Part shown: positions 38,186 through 51,834 of the stretch, one piece after another | Layout of the letters: each line of letters begins with the position of its first letter | Numbering within the stretch: the first letter of the stretch is position 1 | Assembly (NCBI GenBank): GCA_951406725.2 | Contig: OX597824.1 | Coordinates: 35,650,001 to 35,714,000, forward strand | Direction: 5' to 3' | Length of the DNA stretch: 64,000 nucleotides | Source of the DNA: Octopus vulgaris | Lineage: Eukaryota | The notes under the pieces: generated by a model | Database searches by the model: none | Seen by the model: only the letters and a program-made list of their open reading frames with translations | What the model was told of the DNA's origin: nothing | Position numbers and translations under genes: made by a program

Positions 38186-38604
38186 TAAATAAAACATATG
38201 CATATATATAAACATATATGTACGTACCTACCTCTACATGTATATATACACGCATATATGAGTACAGGACACAAAAAAAACGTCGAACACAATGAGAAAC
38301 GAAAACATAAACACAAACCCAAGGAACTGGACATTTTTCTTAAACAACAAAAGAATAGAGTACAGGACAAATAACACAAGAAAAAAAACCCTTCTTCAGT
38401 CGCCATGGTTTCATCTACTCTACGTTTCGAAGGTGAAGGCGAGACGTATCTTCGATAGAAACTTTCCTTCCTGCGAAAAGCAAATCAAATAAGATTTGAG
38501 ATCTTTTTGCAGAGGGGTAAAAATGGTAACAAAAACAGGAAAGTAACGACAGTACAAAATATAAGCAGTAAAAGACAGGATAAGGGAAATGACAAGATAA
38601 GACA

Positions 38605-38716
38605 ATGTGAAATAAAGAGTCTTGCTCAAGAACACAACACGCAGCCCGGTCCTGGAATCGAACTCACAATCTTACGATCGTAAGCTCGACACTCTAACCA
38701 CTGAGCCATGCGCCTT
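38605..38716 (-). mobile_element. SINE family C, tRNA-like head plus core start
   Basis: Reverse GGCGCATGGCTCAGTGGTTAGAGTG...GAGTTCGATTCC...GTGTTCTTGAGCAAGAC. Confidence 0.75.
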
Positions 38717-38718
38717 CA

Positions 38719-38759
<41 letters not shown>

Positions 38760-38760
38760 A

Positions 38761-38978
38761 AATGTGACCGCGTGTGTACCGTTGGCGTTTTTTTTTTCCT
38801 CTGTCTTCCCTACTCTGGATCTTTCCTTCTCCTATGTTTCCGACGAAGAGCTCCGCTCGAAACGTTAAACCCTCCTTCTTCCCTTCCTTCCTGAGCGTCC
38901 AATAATACTATATTTGTTCCACGCACGTCCTCGCGTTGTTGTTGTTTTCTCTTTGTGTTTTCATGTTTGGATTAACTA
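38761..38978 (+). mobile_element. Second solo PLE tail of the same family as 37005
   Basis: AATGTGACCGCGTGTGTACC...GTTT-CCGACGA-A-GAGCTCCGCTC-GAAACGT-T-AAAC...TTAAC|(TA)n. Confidence 0.8.
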
Positions 38979-39016
38979 TATATACATATATATATATATA
39001 TATGTATGTATGTATG

Positions 39017-39063
<47 letters not shown>

Positions 39064-39096
39064 ATATATATGTATATATATATATATATATACATA

Positions 39097-39195
<99 letters not shown>

Positions 39196-39347
39196 CACTG
39201 TCACTCCATACGTTTATGTAGCTGCCAGCATCTCTCTGTTTATTCCTAAATTTTAAAAAATAAAAATCTATTTGGAGTTTTATGCTTAGAGGTCTTCTGT
39301 GTGAATGTGTTTGTCTCTGTGGTCCTGCGTATGAATTTCACATCTCG

Positions 39348-39380
<33 letters not shown>

Positions 39381-39699
39381 TTCTCCGTGAGCGCGCGTGC
39401 GTGTGTGAGTGATTACGTGTGCACCTGCCTCTATAAGTGTTTATATATTATGGTGTTATTTATAAACTCATGTATAAACACACTGAGACATGCGGGGAAA
39501 CATTTCGGTATACAGAGTACGCGCGCTCGCACGTGAGTGTGAGTGTGCGTTTACATGTGTATATACATACATACATACATACATGTATGTATGTATGTAT
39601 GTATGTATGTATGTATGTATGTATGTATGTATGTATGTATGTATGTATGCATGCATGTATGTATGTACGTATCTATCTATCTATCTATGTATCTATCTC

Positions 39700-39748
<49 letters not shown>

Positions 39749-39894
39749 CTCTCAGAGTTGGTAAGTAGAATGGTTGACGCGTTGGATAAGAAAATCATTG
39801 TCATTTCGTAGGATATCACTATTCAACAGATGTGGGAATATTATTTCACAGACATTAAGATGTCACTATTATATTGTTATTTCACATTCAATAC

Positions 39895-40098
39895 ATTGAT
39901 TCCAAAGGCAGCAGTTTCGGGCGAGGGGGTTAGGTCAATTACATCGACCCTAGTGTTCAAGTAGTACTTATTCTTTCGGCACCGCAAGTATAAAAGACAA
40001 TCTTGACCTCGACGGAATTTGAACTCAGAACGTAAAAACAGACAAAATGCCGCTAAGCATTCTATCCGGCGTGCTAACGATTCTGCCAACTCACCACC
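39895..40098 (-). mobile_element. SINE family B, old
   Basis: GGAATTTGAACTCAGAACG...GCTAACGATTCTGCCAACTCACC. Confidence 0.75.
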
Positions 40099-40319
40099 AT
40101 ATTGTATTCCAATATATTACTATCGGACCATAGAAGACTTAACTCATCTAATGAATTTAGGCGGGTGTCAATATGTATAGTGACACGTGTTATAATCCTA
40201 TACCGCTGGTTTCTACAAAATGCACTTAGCCACACTCATGTCATGTTTGCCACAAATATAATAAAATTACATTTTAAAAATCAAAAAATACAAATTAATG
40301 TTTTAAGTGTGTGGAGCAA

Positions 40320-40698
40320 AACGTCCCCCGTCCAATGAAAGGTGATGAGTTGTCAAACATTTAAACCAAATTTTCTCAAAACAACTTGTCCGACCGTCCC
40401 ATAGGCCGCCTCTTTGAGAAACACTGATTTAACCTAAATTTGAGACACCGTGCATTTTTCTCGCGTACGTGTTGTATCGATCGTAACTGCTGATGTACTT
40501 GCGCGGACAAATGCACGTTCCCACGGCTTTATCGATCGCATTCTCACCTGGAATCGATTTTTGTAATTTTTTGAAGACTTATACGCGCCCTGATACCGTC
40601 AGTATCTACATATCAAATTTGAGCGCAATCGGATGGAGGATGCCCGAGATCCTAAAAGACACACACATAGACAGACAGAACGGATTTTATATAATAGA
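40320..40698 (-). mobile_element. Probable non-autonomous Helitron 5' portion (second family)
   Basis: Reverse begins A|TCTATTATATAAAATCCGTTCTGTCTGTC, a typical Helitron 5' end; the 3' CTAG end was not located, so the left boundary is approximate. Confidence 0.5.
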
Positions 40699-40790
40699 TG
40701 TAAGGCGGTAAGCTGGTAGAACTGTTAGTAAGCTGGGAAAATGCTTAAAGGCATTTCGTCTGAGTTCAAATTCTGCCGAAATCGTCTTAA

Positions 40791-40825
<35 letters not shown>

Positions 40826-40826
<1 letters not shown>

Positions 40827-41270
40827 TTGACTTGTTTCAATTATTGGACTGCGGCCATCATGGGGTCCAACCTTGAAGAACATTAGTCAAACGAATCAAC
40901 CCCAGTACTTTTTAAACCCTGATACTCATTCTATCGATCTCACCGAATCGTTAAGTTACGGGGACGTAAACTCGGCAACATCAAGCGATAGTGGAGAGCA
41001 CAATCACACACACACACCCGCAAACACACACACACACACACACACACTCGTACATTCATAATATGTATGTGTGTGTGTATGTGTGTATGTATGTATGTAT
41101 GTATGTATGTATGTATACGACGTGCCTCTTTCACTTTCCGTCTGCCAATTCCACTCACAAAGCTTTGGTCGGCCCGAGACTATAGTAGAAGATACTTGCC
41201 AAAGAAGCCAGTCAGTGGCACTTTGCAGTAGGGAAGCAAACCGTTTACCATGCAGCAATGTCTGCGCGCC
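40826..41270 (-). mobile_element. SINE family A, diverged
   Basis: TAAGTTACGGGGACGTAAAC...CCACTCACAAAGCTTTGGTCGGCCCGAG. Confidence 0.78.
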
Positions 41271-41287
41271 TATATAAATAAATATAT

Positions 41288-41356
<69 letters not shown>

Positions 41357-41704
41357 CGCGTGCGTGCGCCTGTGTGTGTATTAAATGTATATTGATTGAA
41401 TTGTCACGGTTGCCACAGCGTTGTGTTATTTCCTTTTACAACGAGTTATTGAAATCTAAGAAATATTTTTTGAAGTAAACAAGAAATCTGTACATCTGTT
41501 GTTTTCGGAGAATTTATGAAGAATTACAATTATTCTTAGTCATTAGAAGAGGCCATCAACTGTATTATTTTGCCGGGTAGCACCGGCAATTCTTATACTT
41601 GGAAGTTTTTAAATGTTTCATCTTTTCTTACAGATATCAGTGTGAGTTATATTTTATTTTATGGCGAAGTTACTAGAAATGTATTTCATTTTGTTTTTTA
41701 TGGC

Positions 41705-41997
41705 CTGGTTCTCTATCGCTTTCGACGACAAGTGTTCCTGTTGATTTGATCAGCAGAACAGCCAGCTCGTGAAATTAACATGCAAGTGGCTGAGCACTCC
41801 ACAAACATTCACACCCTTAACATCGTTCTCAAGGATTCAGCGTGACACGGAAAGGGGTAAGGCTTTTGCCAACTGAGTGGACTGTTAGAACGTGAAATAA
41901 AGTGCTTTCCTCCAGACATAACGTACCGCCGGTATTAGAACTCACGACCCGAACGATCTTAAGCCGAATACCAGCTGCCACTAAGCCACACGCTTTC
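41705..41997 (-). mobile_element. SINE family C flanked by an imperfect direct duplication of about 45 bp
   Basis: Body matches the 22190 copy; ATCAGYGTGAGTTATATTT...AAGTTACTAGAAAKGTATT on both sides. Confidence 0.75.
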
Positions 41998-42150
41998 ATA
42001 AACATCAGCGTGAGTTATATTTGATAGTAAAGTTACTAGAAAGGTATTACAGTGACTGAGTTTTATTTTGTGAACGTAAAATCCAATCTATCTAGTTAGC
42101 AAGATAGATAGACTCTAGCTAACTAGATAGATAGATAGACTCTAGCTAAC

Positions 42151-42218
<68 letters not shown>

Positions 42219-42516
42219 CAGATAGAATGATAAATGCTAATTGATAAAGAATATGGGATACTATGAGAAGGTTAAAATTGCAACACTGCGTTGCTCTTTG
42301 AATTATGAACCTTTGAATGAGTAGATTCTGTTATTTGTAATATGGTTTAGATCAACTATCTTCAGAGGCAAAATTTGTAATGAAATTAATCTACCTGAGT
42401 CGCTTAATCAAATTTCATAAGGTCAGCCCTTTGCCTTAAGAAACCCTAGAGGTAGTAAATTAATCAAATCCCCGCTTAGAAGCCATCGGATAAACATACA
42501 AAAAATCTTCTTTACA

Positions 42517-42593
<77 letters not shown>

Positions 42594-43064
42594 TATACAT
42601 ACATATATCTCTGTGTGTACGAGACGAGAGAGAGGAGAGACAGAGCTAGTGTAGTATGTATGTGTATATTAATTTAGTTTTTATCAGTCGTTATATAAGT
42701 ATCTCAATTTTAGCCTACAAGATCTTATCTTCTCTACAGGATTGCTACATAAAACATGTCACACAAGTTCAGCTTGCCTCGAGTTAAATGATGAATGTAT
42801 ATTTATAAATATAGCTTTGCGTAAATAAATACATTAATGTATGTGTGACCGCCTGTCTGTGTGCGAATGTTTATGCGTTGTACACAAATATAGGTACTTG
42901 TATCAGTACAGTGGGACAATATACTGAATTGAATTAAGAAACACGCATAAAAATACATATATACATATAATATATACACACGTAGTATATATAAATTATA
43001 AAAATACCTACACGCATGCATACATATACATACACACACACACATAAACATATACATATATACA

Positions 43065-43174
43065 TACGACGGACTTCTTTCAGCTTCCGTCTGCCAAATC
43101 CACTCACAAAGTGGACTGAACCCGGAACCATGATGTTGAGAAGCAAGGTTCTTACCACACGGCCACGCCTGCGC
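43065..43174 (-). mobile_element. SINE family A 5' part with deletion
   Basis: TTCCGTCTGCCAAATCCACTCACAAA...GGACTGAACCCGGAACCATG...CACGCCTGCGCC. Confidence 0.75.
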
Positions 43175-43298
<124 letters not shown>

Positions 43299-43433
43299 TG
43301 TCCGTTTAATTGAAAAATTCTATATGTGGCTGAAGATTGCTCGACATTACAAAACTGATGTAATACTTACACTGTTTAATAAAATGAAGTAGCATGAAAC
43401 AATTGTACTACACTACCTTGGATATCCTTGTCG

Positions 43434-43471
<38 letters not shown>

Positions 43472-43474
<3 letters not shown>

Positions 43475-44088
43475 CCGTGGAACCCACGGGACTATCACTC
43501 AGACGTAGATGCACACTGCATCGACAACAGATTGCATTCCCAGAATATAGAATGATACCTTTTAGTGAGCACATTGAGAAATGCGCAAAGCAACTACTAC
43601 CACAATTTTTAATCTTTCCATTTTACCAATGTGCTTTCGGATCATCAACACAAATTAGACTAAACAAGGAAACATTCTTCATTGAAAAGTACAAGCCCAG
43701 ACTCAACCATCCGAACATACTGATACAGAGAAATTCACACCAAGGGAAAGGAAAAAAATTTTAAGCGATTATCTCCCTTACACCGGAAGAAATCACTCAC
43801 TACCTTCCCTTATTTAGAACTTTCCTGTACATAAACATAACAATAACTCTATTCAACATAAACATAACGTCACAAGAAATTTGAAAAGCTACACGCGAAA
43901 CCGGTCTTTCTTTTAAATTATGTCATTATAAGAGAAAAAAAATTTTTTTTTAAATTTTCTAATATTCTTCAGACATATTGACGCAAATATATATATTTTT
44001 TAACATTCAAGCCTTCTGTAGTTTTTTCACTCTTTACTTTTTTCTATATATTCACCCACGTGCTTTCACAAACCAACTTTCTTATCTA
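43472..44088 (+). pseudogene. PLE 3' fragment: GIY-YIG C-terminus, UTR and hammerhead relic, between (TA)n tracts
   Basis: TGLSLRRRCTLHRQQI...SEHIEKC...FLIFPFYQ...RLNKETFFIEKYKPRLN; GCGAAACCGGTC at 43895-43906. Confidence 0.8.
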
Positions 44089-44096
44089 TATATATA

Positions 44097-44169
<73 letters not shown>

Positions 44170-46282
44170 TAAACTTACTTTGAGTATGCGATCGGCTGAA
44201 TACTTTGAGTGGGTATTCGATCGGCTGAACTACCTCCTCTTTGAATTATCGTTTAAGGGGCCAAACATTGCACAGGCGTGTGTTCTCTTAACATTATCTC
44301 AGACAGAATCCGCGTAATACACTGTAATACGAATACACCTTAGTGGAGAACCGACCGAAGCCCTATGACTAAAATCGGGTTGATGGGAATTGTATAGAAG
44401 CTCGTTGGTTCAAACTCGGCCACATGATGACTGTAAATTTCATAACAATTCTCTCATACAGCAGCTATTTCAAAAGTCAACATGGAATACTCTAAACAAA
44501 CACTTCATCATAGAATCTTTGATAAACCTAGAAAACAAGTCTGTTGCCTGTTTTTTTTTCTTGTATTTTTTGTGGGGGAGGGGGTTCAGTTAAAGCATAC
44601 CTTAGTCTCAGGCATACGGCGTACAGCGAGAGCAGCAATCTCCCATGCCAGAGTCTCGGGTTGATCAATACATTGTAAGACAAATTTGGTTGAAACTGTG
44701 CAGAAGCTTGCAATATGCGCGCACGCATGTGTACGGGCGTGCGTATATGTGCGATTGTGCGTGTGCGTTGTACTTACCTGTGTTTCCACTGACGTATATC
44801 TGTAATGGTTAGAAACACCGATGCGTAACACGTATCGCCAATGATTTAGGATCTAAGTCTTGAAATAAATCGAGTTCCACAGAGACTTCGTTGTTACTGA
44901 TGCATTTATAAAGGCATTAAATCAGTGAACGGTCACTTAAAAACCTGGAACCCACAAAACTTATATTCCAAAACTGTGATATCAAATAAAGAATACAAGT
45001 ATGGAATTCGGTACTAAGGCGATAGTATGTCTGCTATAAAAACGAACGACCATATCGAGAGTCATGGAATAAAACTACCACTAGGGTATGGAATTGGTGA
45101 AGTTTAAGAGGTGTAAATTCATGAATTGAATACTCTGAGGAGAGTTTGAATCAACAACAATAAACGCAAAGGAGGTGGGGAGAGGATTTCAGTTCGTTTT
45201 AATAGTGGACGAGTAAAATGTCTAACGTCTTGAACTCTCGTACATAAATAAAATAATAAAAAAAACAATTTTTTTTTATTCTAATCCGTTTGGTGAGCAA
45301 GAACTTAAAACTTTGAGCTTTCAGTTTCTCACGGTAATGAAATTGTTTGACATTCCACAAACTATCGTATGAGATAGTTAGAATGACAGACTTAAATATA
45401 ACGTTAGTGCAAGAGATGAAAACGTAGACAGAGGGTAGCTATAAAACTGTTATTAAACGGAATATTCCAAACACACAACTTTATTGGTTCATGCCTAAAT
45501 AGTTATTATTATTGTAAAATGACATTCGGACAGTTCCTCTGATCTTGTTTATTTTATAGAAATAATGGGATAAAGTAAGGAAATCCAATGTCTATGTTTT
45601 CTTTATGACCAAAAAGTCTAGAGAAGGGATTTAATACGCATTCAGAAAAGATTGAATAAGATAAATAAACTAGGTTTATATATTACAAATGCGGATGAAT
45701 TATAACAGTATTATGCTGAGTTTGTTGCTAATAGAAGGGTAATTAGAGATATAAGAAAATAAACTACTTCGTGAACAGTTTGAAAGAAACACTACAAGTT
45801 TAAGACAAAATCTGGTTCTGATTGTACAAAATACAGTAGCTGTTCCAAATCAAATCACTTTATACAAAATTTAAAGCAAAATGCGTTTATTATGTGAGAG
45901 ATACTGACCAGTATAGACAGAAGACGTATGATTTTGTGACCAGTGGCTAAGCAATACCGTTCTTCACGGTTTACTAACGAATTAACTAATACTGCATGGA
46001 CAAAGTGTGTGTAATCCAATCTTCAATACAATCTGTGCCAAATATGGATTTCATTCCGAAAAATAATAAGTACATGTAACAGGAAATAGAGTGAAAAACA
46101 AGCGAAGTAAATTATTCAAAATTTAAACTGGTTATTATGCGAGCAAATGGCACTGAAGAAATTATTTCTCAGCAAGTTGATTTCGCCTGCCTGTTTTGTT
46201 TCACTTTGATTGTGCTTGTGCAGAAGGGCATGAACATCACACATTCTCCCATACTCCGCTTTTCGTTTATGATTTTTTTTAT

Positions 46283-46498
46283 ATTGGTATCAAATTCTGG
46301 CAAAAGACCAGAAATTTCGAGGCAGGGAGTAAATCAATCACATCGACTGCAGTGTTCAACTAGTACTTATTTTATTGTTCCCCAAAAGGGATGAAAAGCA
46401 AAGTAGCCTCCGGTTGTATTTGAACTCAGAACGTATAGTCGGAAGAAATGCCACTAAGCATTTTCCGGTGCGGTAACGATTCTGCTAGCCTGCCGTCT
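46283..46498 (-). mobile_element. SINE family B, old
   Basis: TAGTACTTATTTTATTG...TTTGAACTCAGAACG...AACGATTCTGCTAGCCTGCCG. Confidence 0.7.
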
Positions 46499-47435
46499 TA
46501 ATTAATGGCTTTCTATACTGAAAGTTATTTAACTCCACCTTGACACAAATCGATCGTAATTTCGACGTTTTTCAATCAATAGATTTGAGTAAATGAATAA
46601 CATAAAGAAGTATAGTTAGAGTTGCGAACATAAATTCAATTTTCAACGTAATCGTCTATTGTGCTACACAGTATTAAACAAATAAACTCCCCCGACGCGA
46701 GAGGTGAACGCCTCAGATAATTTGTAATATTGCATTATCATTAAACTTCTACAACACTGATGTTAAAAAGATTCCACTTGCGAAGAGATGGCCATCTGCT
46801 TAAAACCTGTTAGCATAGTTTCTTTCTTGTCTACCTTTTCTTTTCTTTTGTTTAATGTTTCGGAAGAATTTAGAGTTGAAGGAAACTATGTAAAAAGGTT
46901 TTTGACAGCAACATCGAAATGAAAATATTTCTGACTCGACTGAAACTCTGGAACGATATCCAGTTTTCTTAATGGATCCATCAAATTAGTTGAGATACAA
47001 TTTAGGACCTCAGTTCTTCAACTATAATGCAGTTGTACTTCAATTCTGTGGCCTATCAAAAGAATATTCGCCTCTAAAAATTGATATCTCTTATTGGTAT
47101 ATTAGAAGCAGCTGTTGGAGATTGTTTTAGTAACAACCTGTGGTGGCCCGTCGAAAGTACAGAGAAGAAAGGGAAGAAATGAAGAAATAAAGAGAAATAT
47201 AAATAAGAGAAAACAGAAAAGTAAGAAATAGAAGATTAAACAAGGAAGTAAAAGTTTGAGTTAAAGGAAACAAATCTGAAATTGATTCAGAATTTTCTGG
47301 ACTGAAAATACTTTTAGTTTAGTTTCTTCATATACAGGCAGCTGAAGTCATACATACATATACGTCAATGTACATAGATACATACATAAACACACATACA
47401 TACACAGTCACACGCGCACGCGCCGACGGTCATAC

Positions 47436-47527
<92 letters not shown>

Positions 47528-47544
47528 GGAGAGAGAAAGAGAGA

Positions 47545-47580
<36 letters not shown>

Positions 47581-47716
47581 CCAACAGCATATTACTCAGC
47601 TTCTTGCTGAGACGATCATCAGATGATGATATACATATACATGTGTGTGTGCGCGCGCAGTACACTGTTTTCATATTAGATATATATACATGTCTGTGCC
47701 TTATGTATGAAAAGAA

Positions 47717-47759
<43 letters not shown>

Positions 47760-47912
47760 CACACATATATATATACATATATATATACATATATATATAC
47801 AGATATATATATTTACACATATATATATATATAATGTATGTATTCGTGTATATATTATATATGTACATATACATACACACACGCACACACATACGCAAAC
47901 ACACACATACAG

Positions 47913-47946
<34 letters not shown>

Positions 47947-48616
47947 CACCGTATTCACAAGACTATCGGTTGTTGTTATATACTGCTTGTTAAACTGTGC
48001 TATAGCTTTTGAATGATGCCACCTCTCTGCTAAGACGAGTAGGACAACACCGCCACTGCACTGTGCGCCGATGGGATTACCTGCTTACTGTTGAGCGGAC
48101 TGGAGCGACGTGAAATTAAGTGTTTTGCCGAAGAACACGACGCACCTCCGGTTTGAAAATCTTGCGACCTTGAGGGAAGCACCGCAACCATTCGGCCAGC
48201 ACGCACACGCATACACGCAGACACACAGACACACACACAGAATGCATACCTGTTAGTTTGAGTCACTCTGACGAAAACTCCTCGTATCTTTTATTTCTGT
48301 CTGTCTGCTGTCTGTTTGTCTGTCTGTCTGGTTGGATATAGACAGAGAGATGGATAGATATGTATATGCAACGCAGACATGTCTGTATGCGTGTATATAT
48401 ATGTATGTATGTGTGTGTGTGTGTGTGTGTGTGCCGATATGTATGCATGCATATATACATATATATATATTGTGTATGTATATATATATTCTACATACAT
48501 GAATATGTGTGCGCGCGTGTGTACTTGTGTGTGTGTATCAAAACTGTGATTCAAATTTGTTGGTACTCCGAGTTTCAAGCGTGATACTAATATTTAGTCA
48601 TTGGGAATTTGATTGA

Positions 48617-48652
<36 letters not shown>

Positions 48653-48745
48653 TGTATGTATTCATGTATGTATGTATGTATTCATGTATGCATGTATGCA
48701 TGCATATATGTATGCATGCATGCATGTATGTATGTATGTATGTAT

Positions 48746-49425
48746 ATATCGAAGTTTTCCGAAAATCCGCCAGGGCTTAAATAACCGCCCACCTGTAATA
48801 AGTGCCCGTGGGCTGTAATATGGAAGTAGAACATTTCACTTAAGAAAAACAAAGATATTCTCAAAAACCATATTCATTTTATACAATTCCATTGAATTTC
48901 TGTCTTTTCTGTTATTAGATATATAGACATAAAGAAACTGAAACAGCCTTAAAAGAAGTAACATATTAAAAAATATTCTGAAGTTAACAATGGATCTATT
49001 AGGAAATATTGAAAATTAAACTGTTTAAAACATGACTAGAAGCTTCGTATGACCAAATAATGTCCTTGGCATTTATGGTTAAATATCACAAATTTCTTCA
49101 TTTGTTGCTTGGTCATAATTCACATCAGAGCTAATTTCACTTACTTGTATCCCATCTTCTTCAATTTTGTCATTATGTGCATCTGGCACATTTACCTCAA
49201 GGCCAGACAAAACATCCTGTAAGAGTGAGCTTAAGAGGCTGTGTTCTATAGTCTCTCCATGAGGAGCAACTCCACAACATTCAAAAGCACGCTTTATAGT
49301 TTCTCTATTTAAAGTGGCAACAGCTTGGGTCACAAAGTTCACTATCTCTTGATAAGGTTTTTTTTGTGATATCCTTTATGATACTCCTTTTTGTCATTTG
49401 AAAACCAATTCTCCCGTTCAGTACT
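48746..49425 (-). pseudogene. pogo/Tigger-type DDE transposase C-terminal relic with probable terminus
   Basis: WENWFSNDKKEY...KPYQEIVNFVTQAVATLNRETIKRAFECCGV (pogo IxxxFxxCG motif) followed by an acidic tail. Confidence 0.7.
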
Positions 49426-49429
49426 TAAA

Positions 49430-49780
49430 GGGCTTTAGTCGAAGTAATCTAGCCCAGGACGTATTCTTTGCGAGCTTAGTACTTATTTTAGCGAATTTTT
49501 TTTTGCCGAACCGCTAAGTTACGAGTACATAAACACACCAACACTGGTTGTCAAGCAGTAGTGTTGGTGGTGGTGGTGGGGAATACAGACACAAAGACAC
49601 ATACATATAAATATACACACGATAGGCGGCTTCTTTCAGTTTCCGCCTTCCAAATCCACTCACAAGACTTTGGTCGGCCCGAGGCTAGAGTAGAAGTCAC
49701 TTGCCCAAGGTGCCACGCAGTGGGACTGAACCCAGAAAATGTTGTGGGAAGTAAGCTTCTTATCGTACAGTCTCACCATA
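49430..49780 (-). mobile_element. SINE family A
   Basis: TTGCCGAACCGCTAAGTTACG...TTGCCCAAGGTGCCACGCAGTGGGACTGAACCC. Confidence 0.82.
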
Positions 49781-50937
49781 CATACGTACGTACATACATA
49801 CATACATACATACATACAGACAAACAAACATACATACATACATACATACATACATACATACATACATACATACATACATACATACATACCCCGTTATTGA
49901 TGTTGAAATTCCAATGAAGGAGCCTAGAATCTTGAAATAAAAGGAATAATGACATACATTTATTTTATTCAATTTGACAATTCTAGAGCGTATTGAACTT
50001 ATTTTGTGCGTGATCCACCATATAAATAAGTATATTTAAATTTGCAGCTATACGCCAATATGGGAAATAAATATTCTGAAACGGGTAGTAGCGAGTACCA
50101 CTTTATAAACCTAAGCTCTCGTCAAGACGAAACTTATGATGCGTTTTCAATTTACACTCGAGGCATTTCAATTTTACGTTCACTGCCAAAAGCTCTTTCA
50201 AAAGGCCTGAATATCAATCACTCTTTGCATTTTCTCTTCTCTAAAATATGTTCTTGGTTGTTGGTCAGAGAAAATAATATTATAAAACTAGTACCGTAAT
50301 AGGTAATCTGTGAAGCTTAACCCGGTTTTAATGTTATTCACCTCGTTTAAACTCTAATAAAATGATTGGCTCAAAATCCTTTACCTTGTTAATTTTTACG
50401 TGTTGTGTCTCGTCGAACAAACTACCGTGAATGAGTTGGCGTTAAATGTTAAACTCGATAAGAACCAGCAATACAACAATATAACAGAGTAGAATTTCAT
50501 CCTCACAAAACTAATCGAAACATTTTAACAAGATGCCTTCTTTCTTTGTCTTCTTCTTCTTCTTCTTCTTTTTTTGTCTAAGAACGAAAATAAATCTTTC
50601 TGCCAAATTATTTCCAAGTTATAGATGTGGTATGCGCAACTAATACACTTCCATACTATTTCTGTCTGTACATAAACATGGTATATTGTTGTTATGAGAA
50701 ATACCCAGGAATGCCAGCAGCACGGAAAACAAGTAGCAAAGTGGTACTAATCTGCTTAATATTGTGGGCCAGGTAACTCATTAATTAAATAAATTGACAG
50801 CAATAGTGATAATAAATAAGTTTTGTTAATGATTAACTCTGAACGAGAAGGCTAAGGGAGATATTCGTAGAAGTTAAATTAATTGGCCAAATTGATGTAC
50901 ACGCTTCTGATGGAATCCAATAAGATTCGAAAATCGA

Positions 50938-51180
50938 ATGCCTTGTGAGTGGATTTGGTTGACGGAAACTGAAAGAAGCCCGTCATGTGTTTATGTACGT
51001 ATATAGATATACGTGTGTGTCCGTGTTTGTCCCCCAACACCGGTTGACAACTGGTGTTAGTGTGCTTATGTAAGTTACAGCTTTAGAAAAGTAAGTGCTG
51101 GAGTAGATTCATTCGATTAAACATTTTTCAAGGCGGTGTCCCAGCATAGCCGCAGTCTAATGACTTTAACGAATAAAAGC
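50938..51180 (+). mobile_element. SINE family A, 5'-truncated
   Basis: GCCTTGTGAGTGGATTTGG...AAGGCGGTGTCCCAGCATAGCCGCAGTC. Confidence 0.75.
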
Positions 51181-51222
51181 TAAATGCCAAAAGATAATTA
51201 ACTAAGAATAAAATAAAGTATC

Positions 51223-51454
51223 TGTTTCTTTATTACCCACAAGGGGCTAAACATAGAGGAGACAAACAAGGACAGACAAACGGATTAAGTTGATTACATC
51301 AACTCCAGTGCGTAACTGGTACTTAATTTATTGACCCCGTAAGGATGAAAGGCAAAGTCGACATCGGCGGAATTTGAACTCAGAACGTAGCGGCTGACGA
51401 AATACGGCTACACATTTCGCCCGGCGTACTAACGTTTCTGTCATCTCGCCGCCT
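51223..51454 (-). mobile_element. SINE family B monomer with 14-bp TSD
   Basis: TAAAATAAAGTATC on both sides. Confidence 0.88.
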
Positions 51455-51834
51455 TCATAAAATAAAGTATCGTCAAACTTCTTACTCTGTGGCGAATGAA
51501 TTATCCTGATCTTTGGCTGACGATGGCAAGTTACTGATAATAAGTTTGGTAAGTGATTAGCAGAGAACGAGCCTAAGGAACATGTGTTGCCAATGCTATA
51601 ATGTTCAAGTAAAGAAGACTGAATTCTGAACAGTCTATTCCTCAGAGCTGCAAATAAGTACCTAAGGATGATATTGATCGCGATTGATAGAGGTACTGCT
51701 ACTTTAATCAATATATCATGAACTTGCCGTGTTACATTCACTTCTATTGCTTGTGCACAGAGTTTGGAGAATGATATTACATGTTCTGCTACTCACTAGA
51801 TTCTTGTGTAGAAACAATGGAACTACAATGTGAT

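Noticed and set aside
38645-38716. tRNA-like sequence with A and B boxes
   Set aside because: Continues directly into the SINE core and lacks a paired acceptor stem; it is a SINE head, as are the other A/B-box hits
44778-44799. 22-nt minus-strand micro-exon (TTACAG ... CAG|GTAAGT)
   Set aside because: Weak pyrimidine tract and no partner exons; such matches are expected by chance in 64 kb
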